Shown here in pieces: positions 12,401 through 24,617 of a DNA stretch of 64,000 bases. The notes under the pieces were generated by a model. That model made no database searches. It was not told the DNA's origin and saw only the letters and a program-made list of their open reading frames with translations. The position numbers and the translations under genes were made by a program. Source of the stretch: Asterias rubens (taxonomy: Eukaryota); contig NC_047083.1 of the NCBI RefSeq assembly GCF_902459465.1, positions 10,230,001 to 10,294,000 of the forward strand. The letters run 5' to 3'. The number at the start of each line of letters is the position of its first letter. Position 1 is the first letter of the stretch.

Positions 12401-15400
12401 CATGGTGTTACCGCAAACCAAATATACATACATCTGCAATAAAATTTACCTAAATTTGTATTCTTCCAAACACACATCTTCCTTTTTCATTGTTTTCATT
12501 TTAATGTATGAAATAGCACGATGGTATTATATTGTTAGAGTGTATTTTCATTAATACTTTTGTTGTTCAGCACGTTTGAACGAAAATTACTTGGGAAAAC
12601 GGTTAATTTTTGTTTTTGCATTTCAGTTCATCTTGGATAGTTGTATTTATGGTGTATTGGTGTTTGCTTTCATGAAATTTTGTAAATGTTTATTATTTTG
12701 TGCTGTTATATATTTGTGTACATTTTGCATTGTTTTGGTCAAATAAATACTTCTAATCATTTTTATTTCTAAAATGTTCCCCTTTTTTGATTGCTTGTTT
12801 TTATGTTTTGTATTACTTTACGGGATTGTTTTTTGGGTAGTGATTTGGTTTGCTTTTGGGCAATCCCTAGGCTTCCATTTGTTCTTTGTATTTTAAAATG
12901 TCCATAATGTTTTCATAATATTTGTATACATTTCAAGTATTTTGTTGCTATGTGTTTTTGAGGTTTTCAAACCCTGAATGAATGAATGAATAAATTATTA
13001 TAATTATAATTATTATTCATTACCAGATTCCCACCGATGGAGCATCCTGTTATAGCTCTCCGTGGGTCACCAGGCTCCTACCCAATGCTTGGTGGAAACC
13101 GAGCTATCCAAAAATACTTCAAATGGGAACCTAAGTTTTTTCAAGAAGCTGGAACCTACATCAAGGAGACATTTCAAGATGAGGGGTTCGTTGGAATCCA
13201 TTTACGGAACGGAATAGATTGGGTAAGTAAGATTGATTTTCTAAAACTTGCTTCATTCATTCTCAAATTCCAATGCAGTATTTTGATGATGGTAGTTTTT
13301 AGGTTGGTATTTTTCATGACTTTTATGAAACAACATCTCACCTCAACATCATCTCGATCTAATTTTTAACAATTTTATACATTTTCTATTATAATTGTTC
13401 TCTTTTTCCTGTGCAAATATTTAGTTTTCTATTATAATTGTTCTCTTTTTCCTGTGCAAATATTTAGTTTGGTATTTGATTGTACATGTATGTTTTTGAG
13501 TGATCCAAGTTGTAACAATTTTGTACATTTTGATTTTAATAATAATTGTTTTCTTTTTCCTGTGCAATTATTTAGTTTGGTATTTGGTTGTATGTTTTTG
13601 TATGTTTTTGACGATGGCAATTTTTAATCAGCTTTTTGGGCTATCCTTGGTTGTATTTTTTCTGTTTGCTTGACTGTATTGCCGAAATAAGTAATAATAG
13701 TAAATAATAATATGTGCCTTACCATTGAACTACATTTGTACATTATTGATGCTATGTACTGAACAAATGTTGCTATTTTCTGTTTTGCAATATTTATAAT
13801 GTCGTGAACTATAAATCTGTGTACGATTGTAGAGAAATACATTTTATTTGTTGACCCTAATCCTTACCCCGACCCCTAACACTAGAGTTTCTCATAAATT
13901 CCATTTGTTATATAGCTTTCACTTCTGATTAATTGTGAAAATATCTTTATTATAGGTAAGGGCATGTCAACATGTCGATGACCACCCGTTAAAACGCTTC
14001 ATGGCTTCAACACAGTGTCTGGATGCAACGCCTGACGCCATAGTTACAAAGGTAACAATTTATAAAACTTCTGTGACAGATTTGTTTATAGTCACACAAA
14101 AATCACTTGATTCTTTTGCCCTGAATTTAGTTTGTCCAGAAAGGTATTTCCCTTGAGTTTAAAGGCAGTGGACACTATTGGTAATTACTCAAAATAATTA
14201 TCAACATAAAACCTTTCTTGAATACAAGTAATGGGAAAGGTTGATAGTATAAAACACTGTGAGAAACAGCTCCCTCTGATGTGACGTAGTTTTCGAGAAA
14301 GAAGTATTTTCGAGAAAGAAGTATTTTTTCACAAATTTGATTTTGAGACCTCAGATTTCGAATTTGAGGTCTCGAAATCAAGCATCTGAAAGCACACAAC
14401 TTCAAGTGACCATGGTGTGACAAGGGTGTTTTTTTTTTCTTTCATTATTATCTCGCAACTTTGATGACTGATTGAGCTCAAATTTTCACAGGTTTGTTAT
14501 TTTATGCATATGTTGAGATACACCAACTCTTAAGACTAGTCTTTGACAGTTACCAATAGTGTCCAGTGTCTTTAAATGATTTTGGGTTGAACAAAGACAA
14601 ATTGACTAGGTTGTATGGCTTCTGAATGGCCCCCAGTACAACGATACTTACATAGGTAGACTGCCAACAAAGGGACTCATATCTGTTGGAAAATGATGTC
14701 ATCCCAAAATCAAATTGACCTTGAACCCCCATAAAAATGTTTTATAATGTTTTGTAAACACCTTGTGGTTTCTGGAGTATTGACTTTACAACGTTTTGGA
14801 TTATTTTACAGGAATTATGTCTTCCCAGTCTCTCTCACATCCTTGAGCACACGGCAGCTGTATTCAAACATGTCAACGCTAGACATCTTTACATAGCAAC
14901 AGATAAACAACCATATATAGAGGAATTTACAAATCTTCTACAACCAGTTGGGGTAAGTTTTAGAAATCTGTCATACATATTCATTAAAACTCAGCATTGA
15001 TTCCTTAATAAATATTCATAACCTGACTTCATCCATTGATGTACATCCATTACCAATTCATGAATATTCACGGATGCTGTTTCTTAATTTAGATTCTGTT
15101 GACTGAAACCTAACTTTGTAAGGAAAACCTTATGAATAATAATGATTTGTGTAAATTTCATGTTTGAATTCTGTTCTTTTTTTTAGCACCCAATCATACA
15201 GAAACTGACCTTATAATTTGTTTTCTTCCTATTTGTTGAGTTTCTGTTCCTATCTGAAACCTAACTTTGTAAGAATAAACTTTTGAAATAATCATGATTG
15301 TATTTTTATGTTCAATGTTCAGTTTGAACCTCATGAATAATCATGATTTGTATAAATTCTTTTCTTTGTCTGGTACCTTATCATACAGACAGACCTTATA

Positions 15401-16984
15401 AATATTCATGGTCTTTTTCTCTATTTCAGTGTATTTCTGTTTTTATTATTTTCTGTTGTATCTTTTGTTTGTGCTTCTTCTGTGGTCGCCTTACCAGTTA
15501 GTTTTTTTTTTTTTTTTTTTAGAATTAGAGGTGTCTGTCTCTAAGAGATCCAAACATTACCGATTCTAGCAGGGTTAGGCCTATGTAATAAGAAACTTTT
15601 AGTATATTTTATTATTAGAGGCTTTAGGCGCTTTACAAATGTCTTTATTATTATTATTATTATTATTATTCTACGTTTCAAAAAGTGATAATATGCACTT
15701 TGGATCCTTCATGTAAGGGCACAATATAAATATTAAGTTATAGTTGTTATTTTCTAATTTTGTCTTGATCATTAACTGACATTCATTCCAGTTGAGTCAT
15801 ACCTTATACATATTCATTAGTCTTAGGAGTCATACCTTATACATATTCATTAAGATTAGGAGTCATACCTTATACATATTCATTAGTCTTAGGAGTCATA
15901 CCTTATACATATTCATTAGTCTTAGGAGTCATACCTTATACATATTCATTAGTCTTAGGAGTCATACCTTATACATATTCATTAGTCTTAGGAGTCATAC
16001 CTTATACATATTCATTAGTCTTAGGAGTCATACCTTATACATATTCATTAGTCTTAGGAGTCATACCTTATACATATTCATTAGTCTTAGGAGTCATACC
16101 TTATACATATTCATTAGTCTTAGGAGTCATACCTTATACATATTCATTAAGATTAGGAGTCATACCTTATACATATTCATTAAGATTAGGAGTCATACCT
16201 TATACATATTCATTAAGATTAGGAGTCATACCTTATACATATTCATTAAGATTAGGAGTCATACCTTATACATATTCATTAGTCTTAGGAGTCATACCTT
16301 ATACATATTCATTAGTCTTGGGAGTCATATCTTATACATATTCATTAAGATTAGGAGTCATACCTTATACATATTCATTAGTCTTGGGAGTCATATCTTA
16401 TACATATTCATTAAGATTAGGAGTCATACCTTATACATATTCATTAGTCTTAGGAGTCATACCTTATACATATTCATTGACATTAGTCTTAGGAGTCATA
16501 CCTTATACATATTCATTAGTCTTAGGAGTCATACCTTATACATATTCATTAGTCTTAGGAGTCATACCTTATACATATTCATTAGTCTTGGTAGTCATAT
16601 CTTATACATATTCATTAAGATTAGGAGTCATACCTTATACATATTCATTAGTCTTAGGAGTCATACCTTATACATATTCATTAAGATTAGGAGTCATACC
16701 TTATACATATTCATTGACATTAGTCTTAGGAGTCATACCTTATACATATTCATTAGTCTTAGGAGTCATACCTTATACATATTAATAAGTCTTTTTTTCC
16801 TTCCCTTTTTCAGGTGACTGTTCATTATCTGAAACCCGACTTTGTCGAAACAGATCTTATGATTCTTGGCCAAGCAGATTATTTCATCGGGAATTGTATC
16901 TCGTCATTTACCTCCTTCGTGAAGCGAGAACGAGATGCGAACGGGAAACCTTCATCATTCTTCGGCCAAGATTTGAACTTTTGA
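9422..16984 (+). CDS. POFUT1: GDP-fucose protein O-fucosyltransferase 1 (GT65)
   Basis: Exons 9422-9770, 10084-10178, 10705-10882, 11607-11739, 13027-13222, 13956-14051, 14812-14952, 16814-16984. Motifs [75 protein letters not shown]. Start could be ATG 9422 or 9467. Ends ...[10 protein letters not shown]. Confidence 0.92.
12089..12427 (+). mobile_element. Short hammerhead-headed retroelement copy (Penelope/retrozyme-like), 5'-damaged, in POFUT1 intron 4
   Basis: 13-bp direct repeat ATACATCTGCAAT at 12076-12088 and 12428-12440. A 19-bp perfect inverted repeat (12116-12134 / 12410-12428). About 165 nt differ at only about 5 positions from 46211-46375. Confidence 0.7.
14163..14571. mobile_element. 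About 410-bp TTAA-flanked MITE (Kolobok/T2-like), representative full-length copy
   Basis: TTAA on both sides; TIR AGGCAGTGGACACTATTGGTAATT / AATTACCAATAGTGTCCAGTGTCT. Related copies at about 1075-1192, 19455-19822, 24340-24442, 28050-28343, 30785-31160, 32865-33195, 35526-35918, 37725-38280, 41878-42252, 43143-43486, 60800-61170, 61170-61340. Confidence 0.85.
15793..16783. repeat. 30-bp minisatellite, about 33 units, in the last POFUT1 intron
   Basis: Unit GAGTCATACCTTATACATATTCATTAGTCTTAG-like, with variants ATTAGTCTTAGG / ATTAAGATTAGG / ATTAGTCTTGGG and two ATTGAC insertions. Confidence 0.97.
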
Positions 16985-19900
16985 ACATCTCATACATGAA
17001 TTTGTATCCACTGTTTTTTGTTTTGGTTTTTTTTCTCAAATTAGTTTTTGGAGATAATATGGTGGAAACAATTGGAGTGCACTGTTTGGTTTGGGTGTAT
17101 AAGGACAAATTAACCCAAACCTAATACAGTCATTTTATTTTGTTCTATCTCAAATGGTTTATTCTACTCAGAAAGAATTTGTGCAGCATTTCAAAACGGC
17201 AAAGAAATTTAATTAACTAATCAATCAATTCACAGATGGATTTGAAAGAAATATAACACAAAAAGTGCATCATTGTTTTTTATTTTTGGAGGAGTAAATG
17301 AGTTCCACTTCCAAAGTCTTCTAGAAACACACAATTTAGAAATAACTTGTGAAAATTTCATTCAATTCAGTGATAATTTTTTAGTGAAAACAACATGAAT
17401 ATTTTGTGCTTTATCACTGGAGTTTGGTTGCATGTTCATATCTTGCTTATTTTGATTGTGGCAATCAAAATAAACCAAGATATGATGTGGTTCTCCAATG
17501 TTCAACTTTTACATTTTTTTTGACTGAAATATATCGGTGGAGTATTAATGCTGGAGTAGTAATTATTAATCGTATACAGTCGTTTTTGAGTATTTCTTTC
17601 CAAAAATGTATAATGTACTTTGCCAAAAAAAAATATATACTACCAAAGTCTTTTACTTATAAACAGTTAACATTTAGTTTTTTTTTTTCTTCTTTTTTCC
17701 AAACACCAATTCTGTGCTTTGGTCCTAGTGTAATTACCAAAGTCTATTAATTTCCTGAAATAATATCTTCTTTGTATTTTTCACTTATTTTGAATCTTTC
17801 ATTGAGCAGTTGAGATTCTATATCCCTTTTAAAATATTTTGTTGATTATGAAACTATATATTTTTACAAAATGTTTTAGTTTTTGTATTTAATTTTGATG
17901 GTGGCTGGAATAATGGTGTAGTTTTTTTGAATGGAATTTGAGTGATATGCAATTTTATAAACAGAAAAATAAACACATAATATTTTTTTTAATAAAATGT
18001 CTTGGTAATTAAAGATTTATTTTTGTCTCAAATTAATACATGTTAAGTACAGCATCTTTAGAATTAATTGATGGTCTGAAAATCCATGCTGTTTAAAGAT
18101 AAATAATAAATTGTTAGCGTCAGGAATTTTGTTTGTATGAGGCAAGTTCAAGGAAGAAGTCTATTACACATAACAAATTAACCCACCAGTATGAAGCCTT
18201 ATAGTGTACTGCAAGATGCATTACTCTGCGGCCATTCAAATATCTTGTCTAGTTTCTCGTCCGGCGCCAACGAAGATTTTATCTCCATTAAAAGAAAAAA
18301 ACACGCATCCTTTTCTCTCACTGAAATAAATAACATTCTATAAAGGTCACAACTGTAAATGAGTTTTTGTTGAACTTATTTTTTAGAAACTGCTTACCCA
18401 CCAAAAGGAGTTATGAAAAAAATAGTGGCCTGACGTTCGACCCTAGCAGAGTAGAAGGCTAAAACATGTTAAACTTTGGTAAATTTTAGTAGTTTTGTTT
18501 TCTGGTAAAAATCGGAATTTAGCCATCTGTGGGTAATTTAATTTATGTTGCGCTCTCTCCCCTGTTCGACTTCAAGGGTATATTATAACAGTAAAAATGC
18601 CTCAAAAAAATTACTCGGAAACACTTCAAGAAAAAGTACACCGTAAAATATAAGCAATAGAACTTACAACAAACAAACAATTTTTCTTCTTCTATGTCTG
18701 ATTGATGCGAAACTAATAATCATTTCTGATTGGTCAATCGTCATAAGTGTACACCTTATGTGTACACGTATACACGTAGAGCTGTTGCAAACTGGCGCGT
18801 GACTTTAGACTTGATCGCGGTTATTCCTCTGCTTCAGCCACGAAACACCCCACAATCTGTGATCGTAGGCTATGACGAAGGTTCATCTACAAGAGGGCGC
18901 TATTTCATACACTAATGACATTGTATTGAAAACAAGTCTATATGCAGTGACTGGTTCCATGACATGTGCTTTCAAAATTCTGACCAAAAATGGTTGACAC
19001 AAAATCAGAGCAGCTCTATGGATGTGGTTGAGTGCCGTGTGCAAAGTGTTTAAGATTCGCCAAGAATGTTGCTGAGGGGTTTTTCTTGTAGAATTATGAA
19101 GATTTGTCTCTTTCTGTTTGGGAACTAACTAGAGAGGAAGACGCAGTGAGGTTTGGTGTGCCGTGAAGTCATAAACCGTATATTGGGAAGGAAGAGTGTT
19201 GGTAAGTTATGGTTGTGTTTGTTTGTATTATCATTATTATTGTTTTGATATGTCTATCTTATCATTATGTGGTTTAAATATGTGCGGTTGATTTTTAGTA
19301 TAAGAACCAGGGAAAGTGAACAATCTGTCTGAATTAATTGCTGTTTGACAAACTTGTTTTTTTCTCTCTCAAATATCATGAGTTTCCATTGTTGTTCTTG
19401 GAGAAACCAATGCTTATGGTCATTGCCCCCAGGTTATTCAAAAGCTCCCTGTAAAGGGAAGGTACACTATTGGTAATTGTCAAAGACCAGTGTTCTCACT
19501 TAAGGTATCTCAACATATGCATAAAATAACAAACCTGTGGAAACTTTAGCTCAATTGGTCATCTGAGTTGGGAGAAAATGATGAAAGAAAAAACACCCTT
19601 GTTGGACGAATTTGTGTGCTTTTAGATAGAAATAAAAGACTTCTAGCTAGAAGTATTTTATTATTTTAGTGAGAAATTACCTCTATTTCAAAATCTTTGT
19701 TACTTCAGAGGGAGCCGTTTCTCACAATGTTTTATACTATCAACAGCTCTCTAATGCTCGTTACCGAGTAAGTTGTTAAGTTAATATTTGTTTTGAGTAA
19801 TTACCAAACGTGTACCTTCCCTTTAAGTTTACGACGGATGGTAACAGATCATAGAGCTATATAATAAGAACCAACATCCAGATTCTCCCCATACCATTTA

Positions 19901-20836
19901 ATTTCTTTCTTTAAACTCAAGAACTCTTTTTAAAACCATTTTATGTCTTTTTATAATTTGTCGGCTTATTGTTTGGGAAGACATGAACCCTTTGCTCAGT
20001 GGTTGCTTACGTCCATTGCCACTAAGCAAGTGACGTCATTCTAGACCGTACGATGTTTTTTGGTCTGACCATACACACTCTGCCCATTATTTCCTAGAGC
20101 TTCCTATAGGAACATAACTAAATGCTTACCGCTAAAACGCTGGTCCCGCCATTTAAATGTCAATTATGTCTTAAGTGCCTCCTCCTCTTTTTTTTTTCCT
20201 TTTTTTTGTTATATAGATTTTTAGCAGTTTGATTTTTGAAAAACAAGCAAGTTCTGCTCACGTTCTGCTCACGTTCTTAAAAGAGATACTAAAATATTAT
20301 AAAAACGAAGTTCTTTTCAGAATAAGCAAACTTCACTAATTAATTGAATTCCAGTTTAGGCCTAATTGTATTATTATTTGCTATAATTCACTCTTGATGG
20401 GTCTATGCGGTTTCTAATTGGTTTTCCCGATACACAATGTGGCATTTTAATTAACACTTTAAAGGGGCTGTATCAAAGCAGGCATGTAGCTGTATAATGT
20501 TCACTGGGTTTCTACACATACGCCCCACCCGGCCATAGAATGAAGGGAGGCGCGTACCTCATAAGTACCTCATAACATGCAGCAAAAGACTAGAACCAAA
20601 TTTCATAAAGCTGCTTAGCAGTAAATACTGCTTGGCAAGTGAATTTGCTAATCAAAAATGTTGTGGGGCACCAGCCTCGACAATGCAAACTTAATGTAGT
20701 TTGGCTGGTTACCTTTTTCTGCTTTATAGCAATACTTTTCTGTGTGCTGACGCCCCAATATTTGGGACTGGGCAGCCCCTTTAAGCGTCAACCGAAACGT
20801 CATCCTACCATCGCATCCTTGAAGTCGTATACCTAT

Positions 20837-20846
20837 CCATATTTGG
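20837..20846. promoter_or_regulatory. Canonical CArG box (SRF site) in the presumed first intron of the CRP gene
   Basis: CCATATTTGG = CC(A/T)6GG. It lies between a putative 5'UTR-exon donor (19202) and the first coding exon (acceptor 21604). Confidence 0.4.
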
Positions 20847-21616
20847 GGGTGTAGTTCATGGTACATCGACCTTTCATGTAAGCTAATTCCCATTCACTAC
20901 AAGTACGTAGTGTCTAGCTCCCGCCTCGACACCATAGGCATTTAAACAGAAAAATATACCGTTAGCCAGAGGATGTCATTTGCCCATTCACCGGATAAGA
21001 ATGCTTGGTATGTGTGGATCTAGGTCTATAGATTCTAGGCGGTTTACAGTTTCCCGCTGTGCTGAAATATTAAACTGGCAGTTTATGTTGAGTGCGGGGG
21101 AAATAATTATACTGTGTTAAAAATCTATACATGAGCAGATTCAATCTGCAGTCGATCTGCAGTCGAAATATAACTAATCATTTGGAAAAATACATTTAAA
21201 TTTTAACAAATTTAGCGGTAAAAAACGTCAATGACTTTGATAACGTATACCATCCGAAATCTGACTGGGTTTTAAAGATGCAGCTATCGAAATATTATTG
21301 ATTAAAAGACAATAAATTTATTTGATGTGAAATAAACACTAAATTATTTTAAAATCGCGGGTACCCGCCTCAAGCTTCTCTGGGCGACCAAATTGCGTTT
21401 ATCTTTAAAGGCACGGGATAAAGGGACACAAAAAAAGTCATTATTTTTCCTGGCGCGAAACCATAATTCTCACAAACTATTAGTAACCAAGTAACCAACA
21501 TAATACAGCCTATATAACTAACGAATGATCATTTATTGATAGGACAACGTGGGAATGAGGTTAAAATGTCATCAGAATTATCATAAAGTAATTTTCTTTT
21601 TCAGAATTATTGCAAG

Positions 21617-24600
21617 ATGTCGTACGGCGGAGGATCAAAGTGCCCGAAATGTATGAAGAGTGTGTACTCGGCTGAGGAAGCACCCACTCCTGTGCAGGGA
21701 CATAAATTCCATAAGCTCTGCTTCAGATGTGGTATGTAACAACCATTCTGATTGGTCCATATCTTGTATGCAAATTATGCCTGTCTCAGGCACCCACTCC
21801 TGTGCAGGGACATAAATTCCATAAGCTCTGCTTCAGATGTGGTATGTAACAACCATTCTGATTGGTCCTTAACTGGTATAAATATAAGCAAATTATGCTT
21901 GTTTCATGGTTTTCTACGTGAGCCTTAAAGGCAAAGTATACCTTTGGATTTTTTGAACTGCTTGGTTGTTTAAATGTAGATATATACAAAGAAACTAACA
22001 TGTGAAATTCATCTCAGAAGTTGAGATATCACCATTAATCCGGACATGTTGATACAACTTAAAATGTCTTTGGTCTATTTCAAAAAGAGTTATAACTTAG
22101 TAGTCCCAGTAGATATTAAAAAGTTAAGGCTGGCCGTGTCCAAACCCGAGATAGGACTATAGTCTTGACTCTTTGTGAAATGAGGAGTTGTTTTATATTT
22201 AAATTCAACTTTTCTCGGGGAAAATATTTTAAACCAAATTGTATCCTTTACTTTCAGAGGCCTGTAATAAGATGTTGGACTCCGTGACTGTTGCTGAGCA
22301 TGAATTGAAGCTTTATTGTAAACAGTGTCATGGGAAGTTCTTTGGTCCTAAGGGGTACGGCTTCGGTGGTGGTGCCGGTACCCTCGGCATGGACTGCGGG
22401 GAGAGGCACGGTGGAGTCAGACCCCCAAAGTAAGTTAGACCCTGGTGTGGCAGGAGATTCTGCGAACTAGAGCAAGTTCGAGTGAGGTACTATAGTCGAC
22501 TATAGTCGACCATCGGTTGAATTTGCCTGGTAATAGGATGTATACAATGCATAGGTAACCATGGAACATTAACCAGTGGTTGACAAATGGTCGCCACCCG
22601 AACTTGCTCCTAGCAAGAGTTATATATAACTCTATGCTGTGTACAAACTTCTTCTATAGCGCCCTCTTTTGAAACTTCCTCCCAAGCCCATGTTAATTTC
22701 CCAGAGGACAGAATTTCCGGCAGACAGATTTCCCTGTGACACACTGGCATTTATTCCCTGCACCTTTAAATTGCCATCCTCAAAAAAGAAAACGACTACC
22801 ACTCAAAATTATTTTTTTTTTTTTTTTTTTAACTCGGGTTATTTGTAGGGGCTTAAGATTTAAAGAATTGTATCTTGCAATAGTTCATGATAGTTCCCGT
22901 GGCATTTGGACATTCCTCTGCAAATGTATCATGTTTCTCTACACCACATGATGAAATTAAATTATTGTTTAATAAACGCCAATTACTTCGTGATAGTTCA
23001 AAGGAATTTTGAGATTCCTCTGTATATGTTTCTTTATACCAAACGGTGAAGTTACTTGCTTAATAAAAACCAAGATACGAACTAAACTTTCTACTCAATT
23101 TATTTTTCTTGATACAGTCAGCCCTCTACGGTAGCCCAAGCTTACTCTGGTGCTGACTACCAGACTGGCCCACCACCAGAAGGGTCTGATATCTGCCCCC
23201 GATGTGGCAAGGCTGTTTACCAAGCTGAAAAGAGATTGGCTGCCAACCATGTAAGAGTCCTTAAGCGCTTTTATAATATAGATGTCAAAGGCCCTTTTCG
23301 AAACCACGGCATGTCAAAGCCGGCATGTGCGCGTGCTTTGCGTACGTGCTACGTGGGTGGATTTCACAAAGAGTTAGGAATAGTCCTATATCGAGTTAGG
23401 ACCAGTTACTCGTCCTAACTTAGGACTATCCATGCATTTTGTATATCTTCTAGGACTAGTCCTAATTTTTTGTGAAATCGACCCCAGGGCCGGCTTCACA
23501 CGAGAGAACGGAGCCTGAAGCCGAATCAAAAGCCGAAGCCGTGGATTCGAAAAGGGCCACAAAGAAACCCTCTCTGTCATAAGATCTTTGGACCACTGTT
23601 AATGTATTAACTATCTTCTGTTTTTTGAGGATCATGGATGGTGTGCGATCACGTTTTTAAAATTTATTAAATTTAGTTATTTATTTAAAACAGATTTACG
23701 AGCCTCGACGTGTGACGTCAGATGTTCAGGCTGCATTTTTGTATCTGTACATTAAATTGCCAACCATAAAAAAATGTTCCTTATTTATTTTTAAGAATTC
23801 CCTTTTTTTTAAAAATCGATTTCGAAGAAAACAAATTCCCATTGAAAAGCACTGCGGCAGTGGCAATTCTGATGTAGAGAAAAATGCGTTCAGGCAGGCT
23901 ATTAAGTGGGTGCGTTCGTTTAGCCTCCTGGGTCGACCCCGGTGTGTGACGGTTTTTTTTTTCCAGGACGAACGTGGGTAATTATCTGCACACGTTCGTC
24001 CTGGAAAAAGAAAACGCCACACCGGGGTCGACCCGGGAAGCTAATCGAACGCACCCAGTGTAAGGCAGCTTGTCAAAAACATATTTCATTTCTTCATCGT
24101 AGAGGGCGTATAAATCTTATTTGTGAAACTTTTTGTTGTGTTTTGTTTTTGACAGGCTTGGCACATAAAGTGTTTCTGCTGCGCCTACTGCGGCAAGAGT
24201 GTTGACTCAACTAACGTTAGAGATCGGGAGCATGAAATCTTCTGCCAGGGTAAAATCAATTTTCACTCATTTTATGTGTGAAACCATTTCTGAGATCGTT
24301 AATTATTTAAGTAAATTAAAAACAATTTTGCGAGTACAACCTTTCTGGTTCAGGTTTGTTATTTTATGCATATGTTGAGATACACCAAGAGAGAAAATTA
24401 GACTTGTCTTTGACAATTACCAGTAGTGTCCAGTGTCTTTAAGAGTGATATGTAAAGTTTGTCATTTTAAATTGATTGAGTTTCGAGAGATACCAGTCTT
24501 CTCTAACTAATAAATTGTTACTTTGGGTTGGTATTTTCAGCTTGCTATGCAAAGGGGTTCGGCCCCGTTGGCGTTGGCTACGGACAAGGAGCTGGAACTC

Positions 24601-24617
24601 TCGGTAGCACCACTTAG
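21617..24617 (+). CDS. CSRP: Cysteine- and glycine-rich protein (CRP/CSRP/MLP family), two LIM domains
   Basis: Exons 21617-21731, 22258-22429, 23118-23250, 24156-24249, 24541-24617. [12 protein letters not shown]...[16 protein letters not shown]...[24 protein letters not shown]; second [16 protein letters not shown]...[18 protein letters not shown]...[23 protein letters not shown]. Confidence 0.95.
23908..24056. mobile_element. MITE with GGGTGCGTTCG..CGAACGCACCC termini and 3-bp TSD (Harbinger-like)
   Basis: TSD AGT at 23905-07 and 24057-59. A longer copy at 45072-45293 has TSD GAT. Further copies at about 40550-40660 and 57131-57370. Confidence 0.8.

Noticed and set aside
15792-16817. 341-aa ORF (and the overlapping 155-aa ORF)
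   Set aside because: Translation of a 30-bp (multiple of 3) minisatellite inside a POFUT1 intron; no ATG context and no protein family resemblance.
22241-22249. GTATCCTTT as a U12 5' splice site in CRP
   Set aside because: It lies within the pyrimidine tract 8 nt before a normal acceptor, and the reading frame is complete without it.
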